Positions 46,625 through 49,026 of a stretch of DNA of 49,026 nt are shown in pieces. Position 1 is the stretch's first letter. The number at the start of each line of letters is the position of its first letter. The notes beneath the pieces were generated by a model. It was not told where the DNA came from. It made no database searches and worked only from the letters and a program-made list of their open reading frames with translations. The stretch is from Dialister sp. (GTDB lineage: Bacteria > Bacillota > Negativicutes > Veillonellales > Dialisteraceae): positions 1 through 49,026 of the forward strand of contig DLZS01000082.1 of assembly GCA_003447275.1 (NCBI GenBank), in the 5' to 3' direction. Made by a program: the position numbers and the translations under genes.

Positions 46625-48160
46625 TTATTCATTCTCCAGGATCTGATAGAAGGCGTCCATGTCAAAATTCTTTCTGACAGTATTCGCCAGACGGTCGAAT
46701 TCCGACTCCTTATACTTTCTGTAGCGGAACTGGATCGGCAGATCTTCCAGTCCTTTTCTCCGGCGGAGCGCATTGATGACAGCGCGGCGGATCTCATCAT
46801 TATCGAATATGCCATGGCAGTAGGTGCCAAAGACATTGTGTTTTTCATTGATGAATCCGTCCATCAGATCGACCGGCGCTTCGCTTCTCTGGGTGATATG
46901 GAAAAGGGACTGTGCCTCTTTGGTGAGCGTCGTCTCCCCCATATGGATCTCATACCCGCGCATGCCTTTGGCGGAGAATTTCATATCGAGGAAAGGCAGC
47001 TCCTCGCAGTCAAAGAGCACCTGATAGGTATTCTTTTTGCCATGCATCGAAGTTTCATAGGGCAGAAGGCCGAGCCCTTCGACTTCATCATTTTCACTTT
47101 CCACATGAAGCGGGTCACAGACCTTTTCACCGAGCATCTGGTAACCGCCGCAGATCCCGATGACAGGTACGCCCTCTGCTGCCAGCTCGCAGATCTCCTT
47201 CGCATAGCCCTGCCGCTTCAGGTACAGCAGGTCTTCCGTCGTATTCTTACTGCCCGGCAGCATGATGAGATCCGGATGACCGATCATATCCCCCTGCTGG
47301 ACAAAGCGGACATTCACATCCGGTTCATGATTGAGCGCATCGAAGTCGGTAAAATTCGAGATCTTCGGAGTCTGCATGACAGCGATGTGAATATCTCTCA
47401 TCACATGGTCGCTCGGCATATCCTGCAGGGAGACCGAGTCCTCGTCGTCGATACCCAGCTTGTCGAGGTAAGGAATGACACCCAGGACCGGGACACCTGT
47501 CCTTTCTTTGAGGAAGGTCAGCGCCGGTTCAAGCAGGGTGATATCTCCTCTGAACTTATTGATAATGAGCCCTTTCACGAGAGCTCTCTCATCCTCATCG
47601 AGCAGCATCAGCGTGCCGACGATCGAAGCGAGTGCACCGCCGCGGTCAATATCTGCGATCAGGAAAACCGGCGCATGGCATTCTTTCGCGATACGCATAT
47701 TGACGATATCATTTTTCTTCAGATTCACTTCCGCCGGACTGCCAGCCCCCTCGATGACCAGCGCATCATAGTGCGTCTCCATATAGGCGAGGGCTTCCTT
47801 CACACTCGCCCATGCCTGCTGGCTGTACTTGTTCTGGTAGTCAGAAGCACTGTAGTTACCAACCGACTGTCCCAGAAGAATGACCTGCGAGCAGGAATTG
47901 CCCGTCGGTTTCAAAAGGACCGGATTCATCTGTACGATCGGATCTGCCCCCGCCGCTTCCGCCTGCGCGACTGTCGAACGTCCGATTTCCCCGCCGGAAC
48001 GGGTGACATAGGAATTCAGCGCCATATTCTGCGCTTTGAATGGAGCGGTATTATACCCATCCTGCGTCAGAATGCGGCAAAACGCCGTACACAGGACGCT
48101 TTTCCCTACATGAGAACTGGTTCCCTGAAACATGACTCTTTTTGCGATTTTTGTCATCAT
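46625..48160 (-). CDS. cobQ: Cobyric acid synthase (CobQ/CbiP)
   Basis: GTSSHVGKS, PFKAQNMALNS, EGAGSPAEVN, INKFRGD, ISNFTDF, GICGGYQMLG, GYEIH. Confidence 0.96.
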   Translation of the reverse strand: MMTKIAKRVMFQGTSSHVGKSVLCTAFCRILTQDGYNTAPFKAQNMALNSYVTRSGGEIGRSTVAQAEAAGADPIVQMNPVLLKPTGNSCSQVILLGQSVGNYSASDYQNKYSQQAWASVKEALAYMETHYDALVIEGAGSPAEVNLKKNDIVNMRIAKECHAPVFLIADIDRGGALASIVGTLMLLDEDERALVKGLIINKFRGDITLLEPALTFLKERTGVPVLGVIPYLDKLGIDDEDSVSLQDMPSDHVMRDIHIAVMQTPKISNFTDFDALNHEPDVNVRFVQQGDMIGHPDLIMLPGSKNTTEDLLYLKRQGYAKEICELAAEGVPVIGICGGYQMLGEKVCDPLHVESENDEVEGLGLLPYETSMHGKKNTYQVLFDCEELPFLDMKFSAKGMRGYEIHMGETTLTKEAQSLFHITQRSEAPVDLMDGFINEKHNVFGTYCHGIFDNDEIRRAVINALRRRKGLEDLPIQFRYRKYKESEFDRLANTVRKNFDMDAFYQILENE

Positions 48161-48747
48161 AACTCCACTCCTCTTTCTTTGAGTTCAATGGTAATCCCTG
48201 CCACGGACAGATATACCTTGTCAGCACGCCTGGCGATATACTGATTCGCCAGACCGACAAGATCCCTGTATACCCGGCTCATGGCATTGGCCGGAACAAT
48301 GCCCATGCCCAGCTCATCGGAAACAAAAATGATCTCTTTATCAGTGACTTTGGAAATCGAATCAAACATACGATCCAGATCCTTCTCCAGTGCTTTCTGG
48401 AGCGTCGTCAGATCTTCCACCCCCAATGTCTCCACTGTGATCCCCTTCATATGATCCATCAGAAGGTTATTCACATACATGGTCAGGCAGTCGAAAAGAA
48501 TGTCATCAGCGCCTGCGAGGATTTCATCCATCATCGGCCCCGCCTCGTGCATGACCTCAAAAGTCTTCCAGTCAGCCGGCCGCCTCTCGCGATGAAGCAT
48601 GACACGATACTTCATCTCATCATCAAAGATCTGGCTGGTGGCGATGTATCCCTTCCTTTTCCCTGCGGAATGATACATCAGCTTCTCCGCAAATTCGCTT
48701 TTCCCGCTGCGCGCGCCGCCCAGAACCAGAAAAATTTGATTCTTCAT
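48157..48747 (-). CDS. cobU: Adenosylcobinamide kinase / cobinamide-phosphate guanylyltransferase
   Basis: GGARSGKS, YIAT, DCLT, VSDELGMGIVP, YRDLVG..NQ; ATG 48747 behind GAGGTG. Confidence 0.95.
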   Translation of the reverse strand: MKNQIFLVLGGARSGKSEFAEKLMYHSAGKRKGYIATSQIFDDEMKYRVMLHRERRPADWKTFEVMHEAGPMMDEILAGADDILFDCLTMYVNNLLMDHMKGITVETLGVEDLTTLQKALEKDLDRMFDSISKVTDKEIIFVSDELGMGIVPANAMSRVYRDLVGLANQYIARRADKVYLSVAGITIELKERGVEL

Positions 48748-48795
48748 TTTCCTCATCACCTCATTTTTTCGCCCACTCGAGGCATTTACCGTTTT

Positions 48796-48824
48796 ATTTT
48801 ACCATAGTCAGCGCTAGATAGCCA
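48796..48824 (-). promoter_or_regulatory. Putative cobU operon promoter
   Basis: TGGCTA, 17 bp, extended -10 TGg-TAAAAT. Confidence 0.45.
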
Positions 48825-49026
48825 CTTGCGTGAACGGGTCCCACGAAAGAAAAATATAATGAAGCCGGCCGTCAAGACCACATTTCAAAATAGTCAGCGC
48901 GATTCCATATAGTATTCGTTACATGCGAAAAAAGGTGTCCTTTTCTTAGAAAAAGGGCGCCTTTTCCATCACAAAGGCGCAGCAAGCTGCCTTGTCCATG
49001 GAGGCATTCCCTGCAATCTGGCACCA

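Overview
Mostly core-chromosome sequence of a moderately GC-rich anaerobic Firmicute. The gene content (csaB/DUF5693, cob genes, REP-like palindromes) suggests Negativicutes, probably Dialister-like; this is an inference. Left half: polar amino-acid ABC permease/ATPase, ndk, htpX, tRNA-Pro(GGG), phosphosugar mutase, lexA, a SpoVB/MurJ-like flippase, then a long minus-strand run: hpf, secA, prfB (programmed +1 frameshift visible), DUF5693, csaB, split transketolase, ftsE, ftsX, EnvC-like M23, S41 protease, folB, folK, mfd. Right half: cbiL-cbiA-cobO, a small membrane protein, galE-galU, a ~1.2 kb hairpin-rich region with a truncated IS1182-like transposase, a cobN/radical SAM-SPASM/chlI/chlD operon, an orphan sugar-type binding lipoprotein, and cobU-cobQ-cbiB-cobS-pduX-cobD-cobC. 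The best candidate for an undescribed system is the class I chelatase operon with an embedded, translationally coupled radical SAM-SPASM enzyme. Runners-up are the DUF5693-CsaB pair and a nested ~185-nt structured element with a cUACGg tetraloop. No CRISPR array, prophage or rRNA was seen. All calls come from reading motifs by eye; no searches were run.
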